NCBI RefSeq assembly: GCF_964355755.1
Contig: NC_092673.1
Location: forward strand, 21,325,648-21,389,647
Source of the DNA: Antedon mediterranea
Lineage: Eukaryota > Animalia > Echinodermata
Direction: 5' to 3'
Length of the DNA stretch: 64,000 nucleotides
In this document: in pieces, positions 37,144-51,275 of the stretch
Layout of the letters: each line of letters starts with the position of its first letter
Numbering within the stretch: the first letter of the stretch is position 1
Notes under the pieces: generated by a model
Told to the model about the DNA's origin: nothing
Database searches by the model: none
The model's input: only the letters and a program-made list of their open reading frames with translations
Program-made: the position numbers and the translations under genes

Positions 37144-39515
37144 AGATTTAACAAACATTCATTATTCTATAAATAAGGTTGAACAGTAATAAAACAGGAT
37201 CAAATTGTCTGTTATCGTTTAGAAAAATAAAGATATTAAAAGACATGATTTGACTGCCTTTTGAAGCTTGTTATAATGCTTGTGATAAACTATATAAACT
37301 ACAACAATCCAACAACACAATAGTACAAGTCGTTATTATTTGCATTAATTAGGGTCTACAAATCTGAAGGTCCTTCTATTCTGTCCACGAAGGAATGTTT
37401 TTATACATGCAACTGATTCAGACTAATATATTGTCATTAATTACCGTACTATTAGTTCTATTTAAATTAACTAATAGTAATACACATGCATATTATGTGG
37501 GAGTGTGTGAGCAGGGAGTTGTAAACAACTCCCTGGTGGTGTGAGTGTGTGTCGTCAGAATATACAGTTGCTCAACCTTAGCTTATTGCACTTAGTGTGA
37601 AATGCACTAAACAAAAGGCAATCAATAGAAAAATGTTGGTAATATACATACACTAATTACTCGTGTAATGTATGTGTAAAATGGACACAACCAATTAGGC
37701 TCACTACAACAATCAATGTGTTAATTAAGGAATATCGATCAACGCAGATCATTAATCAGTACTTATATTGTAAAAATACTAGTTAAAGCAGTATTAATCA
37801 GTTATCAATAACAGTCAAACTATTGTGCAGCATCGTTAACAATTTTACAACTATTGAACATTGTACATTATCTGACAACTTTAAGTGGCTTCCCATTGAA
37901 TATATGCCAACTACAAGAAGAATTGATAAATATTTTAGCTTTAGAACATAAAGGGTTGACATTAATATAATTGCATGATATATCTTCGTTTTTCTAGTCA
38001 TTATTTTGCTGAAAGCTTGTTGTCAGAATTGTACAGGCAACACTACGATGATGTCTTGTTTATTAACAGCATACAATTCATACATTATTAATTCAAGAAG
38101 TGGGGACAGCGTTGTGTCACATTTTTAACATTATGGGTAGAATTGCCAGACAACAAGATACATCCATTCATTCCACTCAAAATTCACTGAACAACAGAAA
38201 GCATAATGCCGATTGACATTTCGATCCAGCGAGCAAGAATTCATTCAAATCCTTGTTAGAATTTGGAGTGACGTCCCAATCAGATGGACACACGCGCGTA
38301 CAAAAAAACGTTATCGTCGATAGAAGACACGCGCCCTTACAACTGTACTTAAGGATGGGATTAATTGGGTGGTTCAATATCATGAGCAAGATATAACGTT
38401 TATTTAAAAAATAATCAGACTAGTCACTGACCCTAAAATCGGATTATCGCATCGGATAAAGTAATACGATACACATATCTTATGGCGGATTCATTCTGAT
38501 TGGCAATTTAATTTCATTTTGATGAAATATTAATAAGCGCGATGCATCTACACAGGACCAGTACATTATTGATATGGCAAATTAGTGAACTAAATAGGTA
38601 TGGAAATTTCGTTTGTCAATGTCATACTAATAATCAAGCGTCTATGAACATTATGTGCTTTCAAGGTCGAGTCAGAATATAGTGTGTGATGATAGGGAGT
38701 GGGTAATAACCATGTATACAACCATGGCTGTAACACTTTATGCATATTAAGTACAGTACCATATGCACTTTAAATTTCAACTTCCACTGTTTTGAACTTC
38801 CACTGTTTTGAACAATAATAATAAATAAATAATAAATTGGGATAAAAGTAATTTTTTAGCCCAGTATTTATTTTATTTTGTATCAAGTGTGACGTTGGCT
38901 ATGGTTGGCTATCTAGTCGTTGATCCTCTATATATATAAATAAATATATGTTTGTTTTTTTGTGACAGTCCTTTATTACAAAACTGTTATGCTGTGGGCC
39001 TATTGGACTGCGGGGGTACGATCAAAACTGATAGTTTGTTTAGACGAATCGTGTGTACATGTAACTTTGGTAGGATAAATAATATCAAAGAAATATCACA
39101 CGTATTTAAATTCAAACAGTTTCACGTTGTTGGACAATCATCAAAAATGTATTTGAATTAATATTATTTATAATTAAATTTGATATAGCTTGCGATTTAG
39201 TTGAATGACTAAACACAGCACAGCCACTGTGTATGATATTGCATGAATGCTTGACAGACCATATATATCAGATGAAATTGTATAAAAATTCAATCAATTC
39301 GTTATAAAGTATGAAATTAAATTTGACAGTTGAATAGATAAATTACATGGTCAGACTTTGCCCTTTGAAACCTAATAAAATTAGATAATGCTGTCTTATG
39401 AAGCTAGTTCAAATCCTTTGTGATTTCATTTTTAGGCCTAAGATAACTTTGGTGGAGAATACCGTGACCTGGTTATCTGTGCGCTTATATCCATTCCCTT
39501 CCGTTTAGCTCAATA

Positions 39516-39719
39516 CAGTGGCGTAACGGTTATAGGGCCCACTGGCTAAATCCAGGGCCCCTAAGCTTACGGGGCCCCTGAGCAGTGCTCAGAGGAAAAA
39601 CATGCATTGAAGAATACCGAAATGGCTAAAAACACTCGAGGCCTCCAGCGGTGGAAGTTGGAGGGCCACTTTTAATGTTTCCTAAACCAGGGGCCTCGGG
39701 CCTCTGCGTTACCCTACTG
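39516..39719. mobile_element. hAT-type MITE with 8-bp TSD
   Basis: TIRs CAGTGGCGTAACG / CGTTACCCTACTG; flanks GCTCAATA and GTTCAATA. Confidence 0.75.
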
Positions 39720-40340
39720 GTTCAATACCGTAGTTTCCCCATTGTTCAGAACAATGTGTGGACGAACGAATTCTCAGTCACATGTATGTGCCCTACCCCT
39801 ACCTAGTAGAGATATTGGTCAAGTAATCGATGGACTTATAAGATTTTGCTTCTAGTCTCTACACCAAAGTAAATTAGGGGTTTACCGTAGAATTTCATAA
39901 AATCACTGACAAACATACCCGTTTTATTGATGACTTGTGGTAGTATTATAGTGATGGTATTTTGGTGTTGGCGGCGGAATAGAATTAAGAGGAAACTTCC
40001 TCATTTAGAATTCCGACAAAGAGATTATATGTTTGTTTTTATATTGTATTTTTACATAGTACTGTATATAACGAGCTTTATTTATGTTTATTATATATAC
40101 ACTTGTTACGAAATAAAAAAATTCGTGACAAGATGTAATCTTGCGCCTATTTCTTTCTAAAGTATAGATCCTCCTGCCGCTACCAGTTTTTTTCGATTTT
40201 ACTCAAAATACACGAATGACATCAAAGTTTTTGTGTTCACATGAGGGAAAATCTAAGTCACAATAAGTGTATTAGTAAGCAAGGAGATGTAGATGTAAGT
40301 TTGTAATAAAAATGGAAAAATTTAAAAAAGGATCACTTAC

Positions 40341-40600
40341 CATAAGTTGATAATCCACTGTGATCTTGCTTTATTTAACGTATAATTACGACAATCCAAA
40401 TTGTCTTCATGCTAAAACTGTCAAATTAGAAATTAATAACACTACTGTAACTCCTTATATTAATGTAACATGTTTACTGCTGTGAGGTATTAGGTATCAG
40501 TATTAAGCTACGGTATCATGCATTGAAATCAAACCACAGTCCTTACCCTATCGTTTGTGATCATAGCAACCTTTACTCGACGTAACAAACTGAAATACAT
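40341..40600 (-). other. Candidate non-coding 5' UTR exon of the dopamine receptor
   Basis: Minus-strand acceptor gttttatttctcag| and donor ATG|gtaagt; no long ORF. Confidence 0.3.
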
Positions 40601-43117
40601 CTGAGAAATAAAACAGTTACAAATAAGCTCCAAGGAATATTGACATTTTGAGGTAATCTTGTTTAATGGTTTATCGCGTGGTTGGTTCCTTAAGTATGAT
40701 TGGTTTGAATTGGATCTCTCTCAGCCAATCGTCTTCCACTTGAAAACTTCAGCTGGAAAATAAAAACAGATTTGGGTGGATCAGTAAGTGTTGCTTTTAT
40801 CTTCGGACGTTAGGGGCGCCCTGTGCCAAAGGCGAGTTGAATAATAGCCTCTGACGTAGACTTGCCCCAAGTCTGTATTCATTGTTTGTTTGTTTGTTTT
40901 TTTTTATTTCGATTTTTGTCTGAAAATAACCAAACTTAAGTAGTATACGTATGAAACGCCATATGTGCCAAAATATTTTTCTTTTTATTAATTAAAACAA
41001 AACTCCGTCTGGAACCCAGACTACCTCTGGCGGCACAATGTTGAAACCAAGATACTACAACAAAAAAAGCTTTCTATCAACTTTTTACAATTTAGCGCCA
41101 AAAATGTTGGTATAGCACGTAATGAAAATAATGTATTGTCACTGTCAAACAGTAGGACTAGGAAACATATTTTAGTAGGCCTACAGTGATATTTATTTTT
41201 ACAATGAAGTGAAATATGAACACGTTCAGACGGTTGATATGTTGTACGGTAAATGTTACTTTAGCGCCAAAGCAAACACAACAAGGACTGCCATACAATA
41301 AACGCTGTTACAATTAAATATTTTTATTATCTCTCTGGCTTTCATTACAAATTGAATGTTTGATAACTTGTTTTTATAGCCATCAGCGTTCCTCGATCTT
41401 TTCATACAAATGAAAAAGGTTGAACTGTTTATACATAAGACGTTGAATTGATTTAGCTTTATGATATTTAGTACATGACACAACTGAGAATTGTGTTAAG
41501 GTCATATAAATAAGACTTATTATTTAAGCTCCTATTATGCTTCTACTGGTTGTGTAATATTTAACATAATTACATCATTTAGATGTGTAGTAATACCCTC
41601 ATATTATTAGTAATAATGTTATGATACAGTAAATCTATTTATTCAATCCTGTATTATTATAGATTAAAGTTTAAAATTTGAAAAAAAACGTATCATTGCT
41701 CTATGTAGGACCCGAACTCCAGATCTCCAAATAATTATTTCAAACATTTTTATTCAATAACATAAAATGTAAATTATAAGAAATTTAAAAAAAAGTCTTG
41801 GGGAAAAAGCAAGAACTAGACTAGCTTAAGTGGAATAGCAAGGCATAGGAATCTTAAGATAATACATTATGCCTATTGCCTTTTAGGACAAGAATATTAA
41901 AATTTGAGGTACCGTACTCTTTTCATCAATATATTTTCCAGTTGCTATTTTAAAATTGTAACTTGCTTAACCAGGTATATAATTAGTATGACTTTGGTTT
42001 ACATAGTAGACCTAGGTATGATTATACTGTACCAGGGCGTACATGTAGATCTAGTATACGAACTGGCCTCATTGTCGTCACAAACTAGTAATACTAATAT
42101 TAAATGTACAATATATATATATGCACATTTCAAACCAACAATAGTTGGAATAATAATAATGCCAAGTTATTGGTTCGAAATTGTATACAAACTACATACA
42201 GCTTTTAATTAGTAAAGTACTAATAGATACGTGTATTAATTAGTTGATAAAACGTTTAGAATGTGTAGCACAATACTAGAGTGTATTCCAGTAGTTTATA
42301 CGTTACTAACTCAATATTTACAGTTGTACTTAAACAAAGAATCGTTGAAATGAGTGCGATTGATTGGGGTCCATCTTGGCATACATGCCGTGTTAAAAGC
42401 AGGACACTATGTCTCTACACCAGGATTAAATAATCGACTGACGTCACCAATGGTGAACAGATGGACGATGTATAGAATAACCACCAGGATTTTTTTTGTA
42501 AATATTTTTATATGATAAAAACAGTCACGTCAAATGGGGCCTTATATAAGGCGCGCTTAGGCCTATATATTTTTAGATATTTTATAAGATCGTTAAAATT
42601 ATCATATCTCGCCTCGTTTCAGAATAGATTATTTTATAATTAAAAGTAAAACATTTGTTACAGATAAGTAAATGTTATGTTGCTTTAGTCATTAGGATGC
42701 ACGGTAAAATATATTTAAGACATTACATAAAACGCACGATGAGAAACGCTTAATGCTGAAGAATGTGAACTTTAATCGTATAACATTAATATCACACTGT
42801 TAACCAATTCACAATGTTTATAAAATATGTAAACCACTAAACATCTGTATGCATAATGACTTTGAAAACTCCCATAGTTTGACCATGGTGTAAAGAATGA
42901 ATGATTTCATGACGAAGTTGCCGAAACCCGGGCCGCAACCATGAAAGCATAAATAATCTCACTCTTACACGTCGGAACATAATCCTTTATAAAGTCCTTT
43001 ACCTTTAATACCGCCGCGTGTTTTATCATATTTTCAAATTGTAAATAATATGAAAACTGTACAGAAACATTTATTATATAGAGCCTATCCTTCACCGTTG
43101 TAGGATATTTGTAGTAA

Positions 43118-43302
43118 AGGCCAATCTACACACACGAGCGGTAACCGTAAGCGGAAATCGCGTAGCTTGTCACACGTAGAATCAGTACCCCTCCCGGAGC
43201 GGAAACCGCCCGTCCGCTCCGCGTTGTGTGTAAATAGTCAAAAGGAATAACATAGATTCTATATTTTTATTACCGTTACCGCTCGTCTATGTAAATTTGC
43301 AT
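43118..43302. mobile_element. PIF/Harbinger-like MITE
   Basis: Imperfect ~33-bp TIRs AGGCCAATCTACACACACGAGCGGTAACCGTAA / TTACCGTTACCGCTCGTCTATGTAAATTTGCAT, preceded by TAA. Confidence 0.6.
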
Positions 43303-45888
43303 TGACTATAGGATGTTAATCGCGTTTTTATGATTCATTGTTATTTATTATGTGAAGGCTACTTTAAGTTAAATATTCGACTAGGCCCTACAGGTCCAGA
43401 GGTTCAAGCGCCCAGCTGGTCAGGCAAGGATACTTCAAACGTATTGCAAGCCTATACAACAAATCTGATTAGCCTCTGACCGTGAATCGACAAGGGTTTT
43501 TATTGGCCAGAATATAGTATTTCAAATTGTCGATGTAATATTAAGTCGTGTTTATTATGGCCATGGAGTGACGCGGTCAGGGGTTATTAGGATAATCGTG
43601 TACGTTTTCGAGAATTACTTATATGATAACAAAAAAGCGTCTAAAAGCGGAACACTAAGCTTGGCCATTATGAGGAACATTATGTTTGACATTTTGATTA
43701 TGTTTTTACGGTAATTGTTGCATCAATTCTCACATTACCGCTGCGTGGCAGACGATGTGGGAATCGCATTAAATGATTTGGCTTATATACGTTTTTCGCA
43801 GCTAACTTCTAATTGAAATTGACACAAGTTATGCTGGAACGACAACAAGTGGCAACTTAAAATTTATATTGTTTAACTACGTGGTAATTAAACAATTCTT
43901 GCAGACTGCTGTGAAGACGGTCACTTGTTGCAGATCCATTAATGTATCAGAGACAAACGTTCTCCTTCTCTAAACCTAACAAGGAATTTCCTTTCCTTGT
44001 GAGGCACCAAACACATTACATCATGTATACTTAAGTCATCTAGATGACTTTAGTATAATAATAGATGTATACTTAAATCATCTTTTATTATACAGATGGC
44101 ATTTGGTTGAAATCGAACACAAACCATACACATTTAATGTGCCGTATACACCGGTATTATTTATGTTATAGTTTAATGCACCTTCAATGTAGCACAATGT
44201 ATCAATGTAATGTATCGCCACTGTTAACTAATGATCCGTAGTAGAGTGTAATGAAGACAATATCGTGGAAGAAACAACGATTCTTCCATGATAATTGTGG
44301 CATCATGACGTACATCAATAACAATTACCGACTATATGGAACATTACCGAAAGGAAATGAGTTTTATTGTTATTATAAAAGTAACCATAAACAGTTATTA
44401 TAAAGTTAATCGGAAAATCAGATCTATATTTAAAAACTTTGGAGAAATCGATATCAATGTTGTCATGTCCTGTTCTGGCATATTTTATACTTCACTCATT
44501 GAAAGAGTGTGCTCTTATTTTCTTCATTCCCTTCATTCCTCTACTAAAGAGTCAAAGTACATTATATTATATCATTTGTTTAATTAATTTGATGTATCTT
44601 TGTTACATAATATGTATTAATTAATCGTTATGCGTAGCAGATGGAGTCTTATTGTCCATAAATTATGCATATATATACAGTACGGTATAATTTTACAATG
44701 TGCTATAATCGGTTCACATATTTTTAAACATTCATTTACATAAAATTAGTTGAATTATTAACTTAAAACGTGTGACGTGAAGGGGTAAAAGTTTTGCTCA
44801 GTTTAAGCCGGTCACATCATTCTTATTGTTCAAAGCTTGACAATTCGTTGTTCTTTTTTCTTTTAATATCAAACAAATCTATTTACAGTTGTTAACAGCC
44901 GATACACACATGAATACGCTTATTGATCAAAGTCCCCATAATGTGATATTCTGACATGACATTATAACATTATCACCAAAGTTAGTACTAAGTTTATATA
45001 GACAATGTTTACACGTTAATATCGTGGTGTTTTTTCGTCTAAATAAACAAAAATGTTTGAGATTTCCATCAAAAGTTCAAATATTGTTATAAGGAATATT
45101 ACGTAGATACGAAGCCATAAAAATCAATTCAGTCGATAACATTTTTTAACTTAAATAAATAAAATAAATACAGACATAGCACTTACCGATAGCGTTAACA
45201 TTACCAGTTAATACACAACATTTACGTATATAACTGTACAGCCTCTGTAGGATTTCTGCTACCATAATACGCGTGGTCCTGTTTTGATAGATATAACGTA
45301 GTCTAAGTATAGTTCACGTATAAAACGTATATCTGAATACTGCCACCACACGGTGGTTATACTTTTTTCACATAAAAAGTAGTCAAAATAAGTCTTAATA
45401 GAATGAAAACTCAAAGAAAATGAGTCTTCTAAACTCATTTTGACTTGACAAATATTAATGTTCAACTTTTAGTTGGATTACATTCATCGTTTTCATACAT
45501 TATTGTTTTCCAGGTAACTGCCGAAGGAGACCGATTGTAGAGGGCGTAGTAACGTATTTTCCAATATTAGTTTCCTGTATCTCGATAGGAATTTTTTAAA
45601 GATAATATTCAGTTTTCAGCTGTTATTTAATATTATAATATCGAATGTGTATGTCGCCCTCTCTTTTAATCGCAAGACCTAACAAACTAATGCCAAAATT
45701 GTGTGACGATAATTGAAAACCTAAAATAGGTACTGCATCTGAAAAGAGAAGAAAATATCGCCTAAAAGATGTTTTAGTATGCAACAACCGGGTACACACT
45801 AGTAACATTGAAACAACCTATGCAGCATCGCGATGTCAGCTGAAAAATATATTCATTTAAAAAAAAGTCTAGTTATGTATAATTTCTA

Positions 45889-46470
45889 TTAAAGATGTAT
45901 TGTCCCCCAAAAACATGAAAAATGAAGATTAATTAAATCAGACTATGAATAATATTTTATAGTTTTCATAAAGTTAATCACTTCCGCAGAAAAAAAACAA
46001 ACAAAAAATGTTTTTACTTATAAAATGACAACATAAATGGTTAGATTCAACCAAAAACCCATTGGCTGGCAGCCAATTTGACCATTTTTTGCTTTAAATT
46101 ACATTTTTTAAAGTTAAATACTTTTTATTTTATCCAATTTTTGGTCAAAGTGGATAACTATTATGTTACATTAAAATGGAATATTCAACAAAAATGTTGT
46201 TAAAAAATATTTTTTCAGGGGGACAATATGTCTTTAATGTCACACAATAGATATTCCCTTTGACCAAAAATTGGATTGGAAACAAAATTATTTACCTGAA
46301 AAAACTGTAATTTAAAGCAAAAAATAGTCAAATTGGTTTCCAGCCAATGGGTTTGGTTGGATTAAATCGGGTTTTTTTCCTACGGAATTGATGAACTTGT
46401 AAAACTACAAAATGGCCTAGTGAGAGTCTGATTTTATTAATCTTTATTTGTCAATGTTTTTGGTCTTTAA
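45889..46470. mobile_element. Kolobok-like TTAA MITE (family A) with an adjacent partial inverted copy
   Basis: TTAAAGATGTATTGTCCCCC ... GGGGACAATATGTCTTTAA (ends ~46237), then a second partial copy to ~46470. Confidence 0.75.
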
Positions 46471-47336
46471 CAGACAGAAGTAAAACAATTGACAACATAC
46501 ACCTTAAATATTAGAGAAACAAGCCTCTCTGCCTACTGCTGTGCGTACTGGTCATGCTCAGTTCATTTTCCAGTATTTCTTGTTTTCGTCACAGCAGTCA
46601 AATATATATCGGTGCTAATTGATTCGTTTGAAAGGCATGAAGAACATGGGTCACCTTGAGAGCAAACGCTTATTATCAGACCAGTCAAAATTGATGACCT
46701 GAAAAAAAAGAGTTAATTCATGATTTTATTATTGGCCTATAAAGGTATTAGAAAAATTATTGAGAGGGCATCTTGGAAGACACAATAGAGATGATTCCTT
46801 CATGTCGAAGCATATTAACACGTCACAACATCATTTATACAATAAAACATATTGTCAAAAACGATATAACTGTAAAATCATGGAACGATAAATTAGATGT
46901 CCACAGTAAAACATGTTTTTATAAAATAAATTCTGTAATTTAAGTGCGGTTTTACATTATAGCCTAATTTGTTTTTGTCTGTGGATTTAATATTATAAAA
47001 GCCATATTTTATAAGTAAAGACAAACTCTTGACGGTGGGGCTACTTCCTGTCATTCAGGTAAAATCGTCTGCAATTTCAGGAATAACCACCAACCGTCTG
47101 TGAAATCCCACGTTATTGTACTCGTCTCATCAAAAATCGTCTGGGATGCCGTGTACATATAGCGATCCAATAATGCATCTTAAAATATCACGTACCATGT
47201 ATAATAAAAGGCCTTTATCTACCAGCCGACCTTTATAGGTAGCGGCAAGAAATGTATAATGGTGCCGAATTACTATCCCAGTGTGGTCCCACTTACCGGT
47301 ATAATTGCTATTCAATATCTAGGCCTCAGTTGTCTG

Positions 47337-47370
47337 TATAAATACCTGCAATATGGTTTAGAATCATTAA
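47337..47370 (+). promoter_or_regulatory. Candidate core promoter of the spondin gene
   Basis: TATAAATA at 47337-47344 with an Inr-like TCATT about 27 nt downstream, about 100 nt before the ATG. Confidence 0.5.
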
Positions 47371-47464
47371 TATTGCTCGGACAGAAAGGAATTGGCGTAG
47401 ACTAGCTAGAAGTACATTTTTACCACCAGTCTTCACATATTCTTTTTATGTTTTATTAGCTGAG

Positions 47465-50400
47465 ATGCATTTTATACGTAAATCATTGCTGTTATTCCTT
47501 GTTGCATCAGTACTCTCTTTAAGTGAATCATTAGACAGTTCGGTCTACTATCGGGTAACTTTTATCGCAAACTGGTCCCAGGGACGCTTCCCAAAACATT
47601 ACCCCCTTTATAGGAAACACGCCCAGTGGTCACCGATGATCGGTAAGTAATGTTAATTTGTTAATACGTCTATTTTCAGTTGGCGCAGTTGTTGGGAGGA
47701 TAAGCACCCTATTTAAGGGGTAGCAAAATGTCTATCTGTAATATCAAACTTTCAAAATTGTTTGCGTAAAAATTGCTATTTCTTCAATAATTAATTTAAG
47801 ACTTATGTAATTGTTATTACTATTGTTATTATTATTAAAGCTCGGGTACAAGCATGACGTTTAAATGTAATATTTGGTTAAATGCACATAAAACAAAATG
47901 TGTCACAGAAGCGATGACAAAATACACAATTTGCCCAAATTCTGCTATAAAAACCAGACAGACTATTTTATAGTAAATAACAAATGTAATATCATATAGG
48001 CCTACGGTGACTATAGGTGCCAATAAGTGCCAATAATGTTGAAAAATCTGAAGTTGAATAAAAAAACCAGAAACGTCAAATTCATGTCATCTGATAATAT
48101 ATTTTACCACACAGTTTATTTCTAATTGTTTAAAAATGCCTCTAACATTTTGTGTTAACAAGGAATAGGGATTTTACTGTGTAATTTCAACTATCCCTCT
48201 ACTGAGATAAGAAAGTGCTTATTTTCAACAAAATAGTGAAGCACAATAAAAAATCCCAAAAATAATTATTAGAATGTTTGATTAATATAATTTCTTTGCC
48301 CGCACCTGGCCTATAAAGTGGGTTTGCTTTTTTATTTACCTTGAATTGAATACTGTAGAAAAATGATCTGTTTGCGATATCGATATATTAGAGCAGTGTG
48401 CCAAAACATATTTTTTGTATTTATGTACAATGTAAATTATAGCAATTTATAAACCGACGCCCATATTAATGGAAATGTATGTTGAAACGCGTTTTAGAGG
48501 GTTCATTCATTGAGTCTGAACGAGTTTCAGTGGGTTTATTCATTCATTGAGTAGCTGAACGCGTTTCAGTGGGTTTGAGACGCGTTTCAGTGTGTTCATT
48601 CATTGAGTAGCTGAACGCGTTTCAGTGGGTTTGAGACGCGTTTCAGTGGGTTCATTCATTGAGTAGCACACAGCGTGTAACGCAAAGAGAGTAATTCAGT
48701 TAAGTTACTGTTGTCGTTTTCTCAATGGGACTGGTGTATTTTAATATAAATAAAATAATGTGACCTTAAAATTACCTGTGGTATTTTTACACACGAGTTA
48801 TTTTTAGTCGCGCTTCTCTGTTACTCAATTAATAATAAACTAAATCTATTGTTTTATCAAAATGTATGGAATCCTGGGCGTATCATTTTGACGTGTTTCC
48901 TTATATGGGTTTTGAATCAATTTAAATGTCTGGAATCTCACTTAATATAAAATATTAAATATTGTATCCATTCAAAATCAAGCTACTATCTTTTTTGATA
49001 CTGAACAACTTGATGCGCGCATTAAAGTTGATGCGCGTATTAAAGTTGATGCGCGTATTAAAGTTGACGCGAGCACTAAAGTTGATGAAAATACGCATAC
49101 GTATTTTGTTACGCGTTGTAACACATTTCACTAATTTGTGAATTAACACATGCAATAAAAAGAATTAAAATATCTCGCCACTCGAAAAGATCTTAAAAAC
49201 AGACCTACACCAATATCTCAAGGCATCTGCAAATGCATTCCCAAAAGATTAACCGACCTTAATTAAAAAGAAACAAACTGATGGTAAAGGGAAGTTTGAA
49301 TGCGAAAAATAATAAAACTGATAATAAAAACTGGGATTCTATCAATGAATTCATTATAATCGTGACTTCTGGCTATGTTCGCCTTTGGTACCGTATTCAT
49401 TATAAATAATGTGATGATAGGGTTGATGGCCTAAATCTTCGAACCTCATAAAACATCCACTGTGATTTTAACCAATTATTATTGATTGAAAAATTGTTTC
49501 GTATCTGTAACAATGTTGCCTCATAGGTGGGCTTAATCTATCAGAGCGGCGTCTCATTATTATGTTCTGAGGTACAAAAAATAACCGGCTTATAATTTGT
49601 TGTCAAATTGACGGAGATAGGCCTAAGCCCGTAGGTCGTACTTAGGCATTTCACTGTGGGAATCCTAGTAAGGTGATACTTTTACATAGATGCAATAAAA
49701 CAACTATTCCCTGTTGGTGACCTATGATATGATGATACAGCGATTGAACCATTCCTCAAATAGATAATATAAATTATGTAATTGAAGATGGCATGTTTGC
49801 TACCGGCTATACGTGAAGTGAAGAATATTAAAATCGTGTTAGAAATGATATTTTGTGATTTAAATTTCGGAATCAGATTATACTTGAGCAAAGAAATAGG
49901 CCTAAATGAAGTAATTGTGAAATAAAATGACAATGAAATCATACCGAAATTTTATTCGAAAATGTATCATTAATTATCAATTTATATCAATAGTAATCAA
50001 TCGATATCTTGGCAGGTGCAACACACACGGATAACTTCCATATGTGGCATTTAGGTCAATACGCTACAAAAGGTTTGCAGAGTTTTGCAGAGGACGGGTT
50101 AACTTCACATCTTACCGACGAACTTTCTCAAAACTCGGCAATCTCGTCAATATTTGGAGCTAACGCGTTGTCCGAGGGAACAGGTACAGCGTCATCAGTG
50201 TTGGCTATGCATTCTACATCCACAAAGGTGAGAAGGGATCGTTTGATACACACAATAAAACGCGTCATGAACGCATTAAAAATGGCATAAATTGGCTTCA
50301 ATGCGTTACATATTAATTGAAAATGTGTGTGGAAGTACTTGGCAAAACAGTCACATTGCCTCAGGATCAATTGTCCTACGGGCCGATGTTTGAAACTAAA

Positions 50401-51275
50401 AATGTTTTAAAAAAATACGATTTCTTTCAGATATCAATTGTAATCAAGATAATCCCTAGTCCAGATTGGTTTGTAGGCGTAGATGGCATCAGCCTCCACG
50501 ACGGTCTAAAATGGGTAAAAGCCGCGTCTTTCGAACTATATCCAATAGACGCAGGCACCGACAAGGGCCTGACTTTCACATCTCCAAATTTTGCCGAATC
50601 TCCTGCTAAGTCTATCTCCCGGATTTACTGGAATCGACCTTCACATCCGGCGGCGTCATTCCAGTACCCTGGCGGAGGACTACCATCGCTAGGTCGGCTT
50701 ACGTTTACCCAAATTTCAACTAACGAATTTCAAAGACTAACAACGGGTCAGAAATATATACTCAATTCAATTGTCAAGACGGACAAGTGGAATGATTTAT
50801 CGAAGGAAAACTCAAAAATAGATTTAACCAAACTTGCTGGTATTCTAGGGGAGAAAAAGCTGACAGTACTCGCTGACCAACCGCAGGGTAAGTGCAGTTC
50901 CTGTATACATTTATATCTCCGAAACTAAATCGGCAAGTGGCCTTAATCTGTCTTTTTTGTGTGTTTTTAACAATTTACACAATATTTTCAGATCTTCCAA
51001 CGGATTGTAGAGTATCGTCGTGGGGCGACTGGAAATGTGACAGACAACGATGTGGTGTCGGAATTCTTAAGCGGTATAGATATATACGCGTAGCTCCAAA
51101 ATATGGCGGGAAAATTTGCCCAGTATTAGTTGAGATGAAACCATATAGTCTGCATGGACTCAACAGCAAACGCCGTAATTGCATAAAAAGGAAACTTGAA
51201 AAAGAAACTCGAAAATTTACTAAGCAGCAACGAAAACGAGTAGGTTACAAATTCAAGTCGGTGAAGAATATTTGA
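47465..51275 (+). CDS. SPON2: Spondin-2/mindin-like secreted protein (signal peptide - Spondin_N - TSP1 - basic tail), 376 aa
   Basis: In-frame exons 47465-47642, 50016-50227, 50431-50887, 50992-51275. Motifs YRVTF..WS..FPKHYP..AQWS, IIPSPDWFVGVD, YPIDAGTDKGLTFTSPN, PSHPAASF, and the TSR DCRVSSWGDWKC..R.R.I...P..GG..CP.L.E. Confidence 0.92.
48487..48666. repeat. Degenerate compound tandem repeat in spondin intron
   Basis: Alternating acgcgtttcagtggg and ttcattcattgagtagctga modules. Confidence 0.75.
49009..49087. repeat. 18-bp tandem repeat (ttgatgcgcgtattaaag) x4
   Basis: Direct inspection. Confidence 0.85.
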
